A stretch of DNA of 63,328 bases, the filler included, from Octopus bimaculoides (taxonomy: Eukaryota): NCBI RefSeq assembly GCF_001194135.2. It is 4 parts of 3 records of this genome, joined end to end, with 100 filler letters (N's around TTAATTAATTAA, not from the genome) between each part and the next. Parts side by side here need not be neighbours in the genome. Positions count along the whole stretch, not along the records: positions 31,216 to 57,086 come from NC_068981.1; positions 57,187 to 62,071 come from NC_069004.1; positions 62,172 to 63,328 come from NW_026388171.1; 1 more part is not named here. One strand, given 5' to 3'. The position numbers were made by a program, and so were the translations under genes. Every line of letters begins with the position of its first letter. Within the stretch, counting starts at the first letter, position 1. The notes beneath the pieces were generated by a model. The model saw only the letters and a list, made by a program, of their open reading frames with translations, was not told where the DNA came from and made no database searches. This document shows positions 51,900-63,328 of this stretch, piece by piece.

Positions 51900-52720
51900 T
51901 TCCTCTATCGTATCAATTCTTCCAGAACTTTTTCATTGCGGGCAAATAATGAGTTACAAGCAGCAGTCACATACCCTCATTGATTTCTTGACAAAGGCTG
52001 CAGGTTGTTCACAGAGATGACAACCTTTGCAAGAGAGTGTGCACTCATGCAGGAAGAAGTTTAATGAAGTTCTAGCACACAATGCATTGAAGATCAACCA
52101 TACAGTGGGATATTATCAGCCACAACTACTCACACGAATCGCCAACGCGTTGACGAATTGAATTGTGCGGATAAGGAGCCTGTCGCACAAGTTGACAATA
52201 GTCACAATGCATTACAGGAGATTGCCAACAACATTGTGCATGGTAAGGTGTGTGCAATGTCAGTATCTTCGCTGGTGATAATCAATGTGAAGGAGGAAAG
52301 TGTGAAATCCTGCGATGATCTGTTGGACGCGTGTGAAGCCAACGAGGGTTACAACGTACCCGTATCGTTATGAAGAAGAATATAAAAAGAGTTCACATTT
52401 CTATGACAATGCGTGTCAACTCACCTTTCGCAAAAAAATAAAGCTATTGACAAATCGGGTCTGTCACTGATTTCACGTCCACTGTACAACCTGGATCTAT
52501 TGTTCTCTGATTCTTACACCTGTTTGCTTCTAAATCGTGACTGTCTTTAGAGACAATGGTTGGAGGACACAGACAATGTGAAAGCAGATATGAAGTATTA
52601 GATACAGCAGTGCACACCTGATTTTTTGTATAGGAGAGCTGGATTCAATGGTGGTGCAAACGCATTGTATGCTTCGGGGACTTTATTAAATATGTTTTGT
52701 ATAGTGAAGGAGATGTACAG
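51900..52720 (+). mobile_element. Highly decayed mariner relic
   Basis: LQEIANNIVHGKVCA...SCDDLLDACEANEG; FYDNAC (HDNA-like); PPYSPDL-like remnant. Confidence 0.6.
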
Positions 52721-52999
52721 TTATGCCAGTTAATAACAGCATTTTGACTTCTTTTCTTTTTTTCTTTTTTTTTTTTGAATTATTCTCGTACGACTAAATC
52801 TCGTTGAATATGAATATGAATGTCGAATCCAAATTTACGTTTTGAAAAGGAGAAAAGGATAATGTTGTACCAGAATTAGAAATTTCATAGCAGATTTATT
52901 TATTTATCATAAAATCTATAGTTAATACCTGTCCTCTTCCTAACACATGTAGACACATAAAACACACACATCCACACACAAAAAGAGGAAAGATAGAGA

Positions 53000-53058
<59 letters not shown>

Positions 53059-53068
53059 NNNNNNNNNN

Positions 53069-53100
<32 letters not shown>

Positions 53101-53652
53101 GTGTGAAGTTTTATATTTGTTAGTGCTCTTACAATAACACACGCGCGCGCACACACATATACATATATACATATGCATATATATATGATATACATCATAT
53201 ATATGGATGTATTGTATATATATGTTTTTTTATTGTCTAATCTACATTAGTTCTCTTGGAAGGCATTAAATTAATTAGTTCGTGTGATTGTAAAGGATTA
53301 AATCTCTCTTACCTACAGTGAAGTAACGCAAACATTTTATTTAATACGTTTAGTCTAGTTTTATTAAACATGCGACTATTCATGGCACCATACTGGTATT
53401 TATTCTAAAGATTAGCTAGTTTATAAATAACATTATATGAAAAACATTTTAAAACTTCAAATGTGAACACACACATATACACACTCACATATACACTTGC
53501 CGGTACATATCTGAGTGCGTATGTGTATATACAAAGGTGTAACTATAATTATGTATATGCATTATATACATATGTGTGCATGTATATATATATATATATA
53601 TATACACACATGCAATCACATTTATATATATATACATAAANNNNNNNNNNNN

Positions 53653-53711
<59 letters not shown>

Positions 53712-53730
53712 AATGCATACATATGTTATG

Positions 53731-55075
53731 TAAGGGTGCAGTAGAGAGGACGGACGTTTTCAAAATGGCTGTTACTCAGCCTCAGGGAGATGAACATATG
53801 TCCGAAAGGTAGCATTCGCTCGTGGTGTCTTAGCATTTTCTTTTTTCTTTCAGTTGAAGCCATGGCGCTGTGGCCGATAGACTATCACGTGTTTGCATAC
53901 GATAGTTACCTGAAGAATAATGAGTCTGTCACAGCCGTTCAGTATGAGTTTCAGTGCCACTTCAACATTTATCGAAATCAGGCTGTTCTCACCTGTAACA
54001 CAATCATACGTTGGTTGAATATATTTCGTACACGAGGCACACTAATGAATAGGAGACTGGTCGGGGCGCCACGAACGGTATTGACCCCGGAAAATGTGGA
54101 GCGTGTCAGACAAACTTTGATACGGAGCCCGAATCCCTCTGCTCGGAGGCATTCCACTGAACATGGCATCGAAAATCGATCGGTAAGGCGTTTTTTGCAT
54201 GAAGACGGGCATTTCCACTAGTACAAATTGGTCATTTGGCAACTGTTGAAATCATGGGACTATGCATAGGGGCTTAACTTCGTACGTCAGGTGGAAGCAA
54301 TTTTTAAGGCAATTAACAACCTGATTTTGTTAATGAGTCATGAAGCTCATTTTCATCTCAGTGGCATGATGAATCAACAGAACTGTCGTTATTAGGCTCT
54401 TGAAAAATCCTAGAGAACTGCACGAAAGGCGACTGCACGGGCCAAAAGTGACGGTCTGGTGTACTGTTGGAAAAACTGCCGTCATTGGAGCTTACGTTTT
54501 TGAAGAAAATAATGAAAATGCTGTTACTGTAAACTCCGAGTATTACATCGAGATGATAAACCACTTTTTTCTGCTTGAATTACGACGAAAACGTATACCT
54601 ATTCGAAATGTGTGGTTTCAGCAGCATGGGACGATGGCCCATCAGCCAGAACATCAATGGACATTCTTTGCCCTCTTTTCGGTGACCACCTGATTTCCAG
54701 GTTTGCTGATATTCCTTGGCCCTCTCGCTCCCTTGATTTGTCCATGTGTGACTATTTCTTGTGGGGAAACCGCAAGGCTAGTGTGTATGCGCATAAGCTC
54801 TGTACATTGGACGAGTTGAAGGAAGCTATTCGCGTGGAAGTCGTCCAAATCGACAGAACAATGCTAGAGACAGTGAAGGACAACTTCCAAGAACACCTTC
54901 AGAAATGTATCAATGAAAACGAACACCACATGTTGGATGTTGTTTTCCACACTAATAATTTTGACAAATGCTAATTCAATACAAACTCATGGACGTCAAT
55001 AAAATTTGTTTGTAGCTAAAATTAATGAGTTTGTGAATTTTTAAAAAATGTCCGTTCTCTCTGTCCCACCCTGTA
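53731..55075 (+). mobile_element. Near-complete Tc1/mariner-superfamily transposon, DD41D (rosa/Visitor)-type, decayed
   Basis: Left TIR AGGGTGCAGTAGAGAGGACGGACGTTTT versus right TIR reverse complement CAGGGTGGGACAGAGAGAACGGACATTTT, flanking TA. Motifs SHEAHFHLSG, KVTVWC, WFQQHG, WPSRSLDLSMCDYFLWG; 41 residues between the 2nd and 3rd catalytic positions after repairing a 1-nt deletion. Confidence 0.88.
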
Positions 55076-55698
55076 TATGTAATCTTATCTTCACCACGTA
55101 TTATGATAGCTAGGTCTTAATTTATGAATGTTTTTTACGTTATCTTTAAATATCTACGTTAGTACAACTTTCTTTTGTGAACGTAATTAATGGTTTTTAA
55201 TTCGTGTATCTGTAAAAAAAATGTACTATAATATTTAGATTCATAGCGCAAGATATTTGTATAAATCTTGAGCTAACCCTCATTACAGGTTGATGGGAAA
55301 AAGAGTGGTAAAGAAATATGAACAGGAGAATGATTGGAAAAGAATAAAGAAAATGTTACAAAGATGGTACTGGTACATTTTGAGAAAAAGAAAATAGAAG
55401 AAAACTTGGAAGTCTATTAATTTTGACCGATGTGAAGTTAGAAGACCGATTAACATGTATTCAATAAATTTATATGGTTTTAAGAAAGGAAAAATATCTC
55501 CGAACCCTCTAAGAACTTATTTTTGAATGTGTCTCAAGTTGTTCCAGAGTAACTGTTACAGATCTTAAAAAGTAAATGAAATATGTGTGGTAAATTATTT
55601 TGTTACTCGATATATGATGTTAATACACCCTCTGTCTTCTCGTGTTTCTTTCTTATTCTTCGCTCACTCTCTCACTATGTATATTGATGTGTATATAT

Positions 55699-56178
55699 GG
55701 GAGCAGGTATGGCTGTGGGATAAGAAGTTTGCTACCCAACAATATGGTCTCGAGTTCAGTCCCGCTGCGTGGCGTCTTGGGCAAGTGACTTCTATCATAG
55801 CTTTGGGCCTACGAAAATATTGCGAGTAGATTTGGTAGACGGAAATTGAAAGAAATCCGTGCGTGCCTGTATGTGTATGTGTGCGTGTGTGTGTATGTGT
55901 GCGTGTGTGCGTATGTGTGCGTTCCTTTGTGTGTGTATGAGTGCGTTCCTTTGTGTGTGTATGCGTGTGTCTTTTGTGTCTCTGTTTTACCCCACGACCT
56001 CTGGACAACCAATGTTAGTGTGTTTATGTCCCTGTAACTTAGCGCTTTGGCAAAAGAGATGAGTAGAATAAATGCTAGGCTTGAAAACATATGTACTGGG
56101 GTCGATTTATTCGACTAAAAATCCTCCTAGGTGTTGCCCTAGCATGGCTGCAATTTAATCATTAAAACAAATAAAAGA
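55699..56178 (+). mobile_element. SINE family C, full length with internal (TG)n
   Basis: Head TGGCTGTGGGATAAG...GAGTTCAGTCCCGCTGCGTGGC; tail matches 45383-45570. Confidence 0.88.
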
Positions 56179-56295
56179 TTGTATATATATAAATACTTGA
56201 TTGTGTGCTTATATAAACTCACACACACATACGTAAAGACGTACCAACTGAGTCGTTATAGTGTCGATATGATGCATTGCATTATTTCATATCTG

Positions 56296-56510
56296 AAGTG
56301 GCAAGCTGTCAGTATTGTAGGTACGGCGGACAAAGTTACACAGCAACACTTCTTCACTGTTTACGTTCTGAATTCAAATTATGCCAAGGTCACTTTGACT
56401 TTTATCCTCTTGGGGTCGATGAAGTAAGAACCATTTCAGCAGTGGGACCGAGATAATCGACTACCTCCTCCTCTACAACGTCAGGCCTTATGCCTGTAAT
56501 AGAAACGATT
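56296..56510 (+). mobile_element. SINE family A, diverged
   Basis: TACGTTCTGAATTCAAATTATGCC...GGGGTCGATG...CCTTATGCCTGTAATAGAAAC. Confidence 0.75.
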
Positions 56511-57086
56511 TTTTCTTCTCTCTCTGCACTAAGTCAAATCCAGGTGAGCCCACCCTTCGTTCTTCTGGTGTTGCAAGACAGATTATCTCCCCATTGCGAT
56601 TAATAGAGAAATAGCTACCTCGCTAAATGAAAGTTTTTGCATTATCTGTTGCGAGTCATTGCGTTCTGAATCCACTGTGCTGGATTCCAATGCTGGAAAA
56701 TTAACATCGGGTCTTTAGGTGAAAGAAAGCCAACTGATAAAGCTTCGAAGATCTCTCCAAAACTAATGAAACGTGATGTCTTAAGAGCCTTAATCTCTCG
56801 GCTAGGTGAAGGGATATTTACCATTTTCTTATCTTACGCTTCTTGGTTACTGCTTTTTCAAATATGTCAGGTTTTGTATAACAAATATTATATCTCCAAC
56901 ACTTCACCGGTAGAAACAAATTTTACAGTTTAGTGGCCCAATGCTTGATAGCTTTTGAGCGTGCGCTAAAAATATGTCATTTAGCATGTGCAAGTAATAT
57001 ACAAATTTTAAGAGAAATGCATCAAAAACTGTTAGCCTCAGAGGAAATCAGATTGAGAAAAAGTATGAGAAAATGCCTTCAGACTG

Positions 57087-57186
57087 NNNNNNNNNNNNNN
57101 NNNNNNNNNNNNNNNNNNNNNNNNNNNNNNTTAATTAATTAANNNNNNNNNNNNNNNNNNNNNNNNNNNNNNNNNNNNNNNNNNNN
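57087..57186. other. Artificial scaffold join N44-TTAATTAATTAA-N44
   Basis: Spacer at 57131-57142. Confidence 0.95.
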
Positions 57187-57295
57187 GACAGACAGACAGA
57201 CAGAGACAGACAGACTGAGACAGACAGACAGAGACAGACAGACAGAGACAGACAGACAGAGACAGACAGACAGAGACAGACAGACAGAGACAGAC

Positions 57296-57373
<78 letters not shown>
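57187..57373. repeat. (GACA)n/(GATA)n microsatellite
   Basis: Directly visible. Confidence 0.97.
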
Positions 57374-57374
<1 letters not shown>

Positions 57375-58921
57375 GGGAGATTTTCTTTCTGCTACAGTCA
57401 CAGATTTTGAAATTTTAAAATTAAGTGAAAATTTTCAAATTCGGTATATTGATGTAATTTTTCACACTGAATCCGATTTGAGGATTCATTTATTCCAGAC
57501 AAAGTTTTGAAAACTGTTACAGAGTTTTAAAGTTTGATAATTTTTACCAAATCAGAAAACAGGATGTGGAAGCTAACATTTTCCACGTGATAGCTATCTA
57601 CCACGAAATGAAAGCGAAACATTACGACAGCGAAGGTTTAAGTAAAATGGAAGCAATTACATGTCATATCAAGAGGGAGAAAGGGGGAGAGAGGGAAAGA
57701 GAAAGAGAGAGAGAGAATGAGTGAGAAAGATAGTGGGAACAGCATGCATGCGAGTTCTACATATACATAGAGAGAGAGTGTGTGGTAAATATATACATAG
57801 AGGAGAGAAGCATAAAAGACAGATAGGGAGAGGTCGATTTGGCGATCAGAGAGTCGAGTTATTTCTCGTAGCAGATTATATTTTTTCATTACTAATTGCG
57901 AAAACTTTCTGCTTGGGAAACAGCACTCGAAAATCAAATCCGTTTTTCTCGAGGACTCACCGTTTGAGAGTCTTTCAATGATATACACACATACATACAA
58001 TCATACACCTTCATTATAGAGAATATATATATATATATACTCAGAGTAACNNNNNNNNNNNNNNNNNNNNNNNNNNNNNNNNNNNNNNNNNNNNNNNNNN
58101 NNNNNNNNNNNNNNNNNNNNNNNNNNNNNNNNNNNNNNNNNNNNNNNNNNNNNNNNNNNNNNNNNNNNNNNNNNNNNNNNNNNNNNNNNNNNNNNNNNNN
58201 NNNNNNNNNNNNNNNNNNNNNNNNNNNNNNNNNNNNNNNNNNNNNNNNNNNNNNNNNNNNNNNNNNNNNNNNNNNNNNNNNNNNNNNNNNNNNNNNNNNN
58301 NNNNNNNNNNNNNNNNNNNNNNNNNNNNNNNNNNNNNNNNNNNNNNNNNNNNNNNNNNNNNNNNNNNNNNNNNNNNNNNNNNNNNNNNNNNNNNNNNNNN
58401 NNNNNNNNNNNNNNNNNNNNNNNNNNNNNNNNNNNNNNNNNNNNNNNNNNNNCATTAATTTATCTGTTTAGAGCTTGCTTTCCTTTAGAGATCAATTAAT
58501 TCACTCTATCAATTAGGTTTTCCAACGTTGTCTATATTGTCTAGAGAGTTCACAATTCAAACATTTCTTGGCGCGACTTCTGTTAGAAAGTTTCAACGAA
58601 TTGTTTTATAAATATTCTGTGCTACAGAATATTTTTTTCTTCAGATACACGAGAAACAAAACCTTGTTTCCCAAATCTCTGGTGGTTCGGTCACTTGATT
58701 AGAGAAATAATAGAATGATTTGATTTAGACGCAAAATATCATCACCATCATCATCATCATATTCTCCCATTGAACACTCTTTAACTTCCTAAACAAGATA
58801 AAGTGAATATTTTTTTAAAAAAACAGCTATCCCTTGTAACATCTGTCTACGATACTAAAACATATCTCAATTGCAAGCTAAATACTCCAACTCAAACTTC
58901 GTGTGCGTATAAGTATATATA

Positions 58922-58958
<37 letters not shown>

Positions 58959-58981
58959 CTAGAGAGAGAGGGGGTGAAATG

Positions 58982-59031
<50 letters not shown>

Positions 59032-59442
59032 GAGATAGAGAAAGAGAGAGAGATAAAGAATTTTGCAAACCAAGAAGACGAAATGAACAGGCTTTAATTA
59101 ACAAAACACAGCAATTGTTTCTGTACAGTAATAAAAGTTGTCAGTCCCTGAGTTTACCATATACTATTACACAAATTATTTTATCAATACTTATTTAAGT
59201 ATATATGATTCAGCAGCAGCTGTGTGCCTGCACCTCCTCAGGTGAGTAGCTTTGATGCTACTGATAGATTACGTCCAGTTGTTTATCGTTTTATGCGCAA
59301 AATGTTTTATACGAATTCTATATGCACTGATGTAGTTGCACATGTATATCCATTAAAAAGAACAACCCTGTTATAAGATAGCATATACGAGATTTTAAAT
59401 GCACCCTATGAAGTTATTACTCAGATAATATTCAGCCTACAT

Positions 59443-59640
59443 AAGGCGGCGAGCTGGCAGAAACGCTAGCACGCCGAGTGAAATGCTTAGCGGTATTTCA
59501 TCTGTCTTTACGTTCTGAGTTCAAATTCCGCCGAGGTCGACTTTTCCTTTTATCCTTTCGGAGATAGATAAAATAAGTACCAGTTGTGTACTGGGTCGAT
59601 CTAATCGACACGCCCCTCCTTGTGCCTATAGTAGAAAGGA
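59443..59640 (+). mobile_element. SINE family A
   Basis: Well-preserved head AAGGCGGCGAGCTGGCAGAAACG, B box GAGTTCAAATTCC. Confidence 0.92.
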
Positions 59641-59674
<34 letters not shown>

Positions 59675-59684
59675 CATTATCATT

Positions 59685-59905
59685 GAGGTAGCTAGCTATG
59701 CGAATCGTTAGCACGCCGGGTGAAATGCTTAGCGGGATTTCGTCCGTCGCATCTTTACGTTCTGAGCTGCCGACGTCGACTTTGTATTTCATCATTTCGG
59801 AGTCGATAGAATAAGTACCAGTTGAGTTCTGGGGTCGATGAAATTGACGTGCCCCCTCCCTTAAAAAGTAAAAAAAAAAACCTTGTAGCTATAGCTGAAA
59901 GGGTT
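59685..59905 (+). mobile_element. SINE family A
   Basis: Second tandem copy after an (ATT)n tract. Confidence 0.88.
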
Positions 59906-60743
59906 ATTATAGGTGGCGGTACTTAGCCGATATGCCGTACAATTGGCTTGATCCTCAAGTGCCACCAGTTACGTGTTCACACGGAGTAATGTGTAGCCTG
60001 AAGAGGGATATAGTTGAGCTGCCTGAACAGGGCTATAGCGTATTATACAGGAATATAAAGTTCAAGCCTATGTTTTTTCTCTCTTTTAAGTTTTATTTCA
60101 AAGACTCAGTAATTTAATCTACAAAATGTATTCTTTCTTTATTACACATTCCTCTGAGACTAACATACGACACAAATTTGGAACTATCCTCTAATAAAGC
60201 AAGTTAATTTGTCTTATCAGCTACGGCCAGAAAATTACATAAGCAGATCACAGTCTTTCACAAACGCCCGTTAAAACGTATAGATTAATAGCGGGCCAGG
60301 AGGGGGGGGGGAAATGAGCGGTGAATTTTGTTGTTATTTTTGTTGTCTTTTTTCTTTTTTTTTCCATTTATAATGTTATTTCGTATTCCCAATATATTTT
60401 TCATTAATATCAACCTAACTTTCTGCCTCCTTATCGAAGTTACCAGTCACAAACATATCGGAGACTCCACAGTCACTTTTTAAAACACACACACATGCTC
60501 ACGCACGCACAAACACACACACACACACACACACACATATACGTACGCATGTATGTATTATGTTCTTTTCTGTTTCTGATTATTAAAATTCTTCTTCGGA
60601 AGAAGAAAGTGGTTTCTAACAAAGATACAGGCACAAACCCCTATCGTTGGAATGAAGATACCGGAAACAATGCCACGTTTTAAACTTCAGAAAAGTCTTG
60701 CATATGTTTACTGTTCCGCTTACAGATTGCATTTGTAATATGC

Positions 60744-60818
60744 GAATCAGCAAGGACGGAGGAAATGCGGCTAAATATTTTACCCGGAGCGGTAACGATT
60801 CTGCACGCTCACCGCCTT
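60744..60818 (-). mobile_element. SINE family A, 5' part
   Basis: Reverse complement AAGGCGGTGAGCGTGCAGAATCGTTACCGCTCCGGGTAAAATATTTAGC. Confidence 0.8.
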
Positions 60819-60832
60819 GAATAATAATAATA

Positions 60833-60870
<38 letters not shown>

Positions 60871-60871
<1 letters not shown>

Positions 60872-61072
60872 GTCTTTACTCTAGGCACAAGGGGGAGGTA
60901 GCCAGTCGATTAGATCAACCTCAGTACGCAACTGGTACTTAATTCATCGACCCCGAAAGGATGAAAGGCTAAGTCGACCTCGGCAGAATTTGAACCCAGA
61001 TCGAAAAGACAGAGGAAAAGCCGCTAAACATTTTACCCGGTGCTGTAACGATTCTGCCCTCTTGCCACCGTA
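60871..61072 (-). mobile_element. SINE family A
   Basis: Reverse complement of the full family consensus seen in this window. Confidence 0.88.
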
Positions 61073-61131
61073 AAATAACAAAAAACAACAACAACAACAA
61101 CAACAACAATAACAATAACAATAATGATAAC

Positions 61132-61172
<41 letters not shown>

Positions 61173-61714
61173 CAATAACAACAACGATAGTAACACAAAT
61201 CCATTAGTAATTTAACAAAAACATCACCATTACCAAAACCAAACTTACTTCGATAGATAAAAGCAGTTTTATTTATCTTGTCTGTGCATTAATAAAAATT
61301 CTTCATAACTATTTGACAAAACTTGTTCTCCTCTGTCACTATTTCGTATTCTCTTGAATGCAGACAATGGCCAAGGAAGACACTTTTGTAAATCTAAATT
61401 TCCTATCTACAACAATACAAGGCATTTAGACTACAATATTCATGTTGTTTTGTCTGCTGTTGATGATGTTGTTGTTCAGGTTTCTATTGAAAACTGAATG
61501 GTACCATTCATTTCTGCTACAATATATTTGCCAAAAGTCCAGATCAGACAATAATACAAGCAGGCATTCTAAAAACCGGAAACACATTAAGAACTTCCGT
61601 ATATGAAGTTACGGGGGAACAATGAGAAGATGTCTATATTAATAAAAGTATTTCTAAACGTTATCCGAAACATAATCACAATAAAAATTCATAAGAAATA
61701 TACGAACAAGCATT

Positions 61715-61755
<41 letters not shown>

Positions 61756-62071
61756 TGTCGTTGTTGTTGCTGTTGTTGTGCACGACAGCGTATTTCCATT
61801 GAAACGAGACATTTAAGTCTACACAGGAGAAAGTAAAACCTGCTTTTCAAAGATAAGTGCATATGATACGTTGGACAGAGGATGATGCTGATGCTGTTGA
61901 TGATGATGATGATGATAGTGATGATGATAATGATGTGTGCGTGTATGTGTGTGTGTATGAATGTGCGTGCGTGTGTGTGTGTGTATGGGTGTGCGTGGAT
62001 ATGTGTATGTAGATGGTAGAGTTTGCTCCTCTGCTTGCTATATATATACATATATTTATATATATATATAT

Positions 62072-62171
62072 NNNNNNNNNNNNNNNNNNNNNNNNNNNNN
62101 NNNNNNNNNNNNNNNTTAATTAATTAANNNNNNNNNNNNNNNNNNNNNNNNNNNNNNNNNNNNNNNNNNNN
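62072..62171. other. Artificial scaffold join N44-TTAATTAATTAA-N44
   Basis: Spacer at 62116-62127. Confidence 0.95.
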
Positions 62172-62559
62172 TAAAAGTAATAAATTTCCGGGTATTAATC
62201 AAGATACTTTATTATTTTCCGCTACTTTTTGTTAATCGAGTTGCTGAAATTCTGGGGGAAATGGGGGAGGGGGTTATGGTCAGTCCCGTAATCTAATTAG
62301 TCATCTATTGTTTTGAAAGGCCATGACTTTGTTATGGTTGGTTAATGGATAACCGATAGCATAAACAATAAAGTAGGCAAATATATATAAAAATTTATAT
62401 AAATAAAAAACAAAAAACAAATAATCCAAGGTTAACTATTAGTCGGTAGGATAGTAAAAGTCAATAAAGAAATTAATATAGGGACTTGACTCTATTATAT
62501 TATATTATATTAAATTAAGTTATGTTAAATTACGCAATATATAAGAAAAATGTGGATGA

Positions 62560-62596
<37 letters not shown>

Positions 62597-63150
62597 TATT
62601 TTAGGTTACAATGATATTACTAAGCGGATATTATTTTAATAGACTGAATATGAAAGATAAGTTATTACAAATTTATTAAAAAAATAGTATATAATAATAC
62701 ATGTATCTGTCTAATTAGGGGAATCATTTGTATGTTTACTAAACCATATGAGTAATATAGGGTTCAAATTATATGTTGGAAGTTATTCGTACCAAATTCA
62801 AATAAGTGACAAAAGATCAAAAGTGACCGTACAAGTTGTTTCACTAAGTTGTTATTTATCGCTAAAATTATGTTTAAAATATATTTTATCTGACAAAATG
62901 CTTCAAATGCAAGATTCTATGTAATAGTGTTGAGTCACTTAATTAATGAACGAATCAGTCATTCAGTCCTTTAAAATATTTATCCGTCTATTTATTCAGG
63001 TGATTACTTTTAATGTTATATTTAAGAAGTGTGGGGTGGGGGTTATTAAGCTATAAATAGAATGAAGGGAGACAGATCTGGGTTATTGAGGTCTATAATT
63101 AGAATATAAACATACTCAAAAATTTAGGTCCCTTATCCCTTAGGTCCCTT

Positions 63151-63197
<47 letters not shown>

Positions 63198-63328
63198 TTA
63201 TTGGTTCTGTAACGGGGTTGCATACCAATGCCTGTATCTATATACATACATATGTATATACAATATATACATACACATATATATACAATGCAACCATATA
63301 CATACATACATACATATATATATATATA

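Noticed and set aside
56630-56830. FCIICCESLRSES resembling a hAT/Buster BED finger
   Set aside because: The following RH..H residues are absent and there is no further transposase similarity.
59990-60036. Hammerhead-like TGTAGC-CTGAAGA-GGG...CCT-GAAC-AGG-GCTATA with a 6-bp stem I
   Set aside because: The 3' core is GAAC and there is no NUH triplet (AGG before stem I); more likely a chance hairpin.
62172-62560. AT-rich stretch with G runs resembling a mitochondrial control-region NUMT
   Set aside because: No mitochondrial tRNA, rRNA or coding motif visible.

Overview
AT-rich eukaryotic non-coding DNA, dense in microsatellites and N gaps. The SINE sequences and repeat landscape look like an octopus (coleoid cephalopod) draft assembly; this is inference from pattern recognition, not a search. 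No host protein-coding gene, rRNA, true tRNA or CRISPR array can be supported, and almost all ORF-track entries are microsatellite, gap or antisense translations. The window is a layered transposon graveyard. It holds four Penelope-like element (PLE) fragments, many R4/Dong-type RLE LINE fragments tied to (TAA)n tracts, and CR1, RTE, Tx1 and probable Jockey/I-group pieces. It also holds several Tc1/mariner relics (one near-complete, with DD41D spacing) and three tRNA-headed SINE families. The most interesting signal is a set of type I hammerhead ribozyme motifs read from the sequence. One intact minimal motif (15238-15283) sits in a ~140-bp unit present as a head-to-head inverted pair around a microsatellite. 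A second has all three helices and one core substitution (46539-46587), and further degenerate copies occur. Three N44-TTAATTAATTAA-N44 blocks are artificial scaffold joins.
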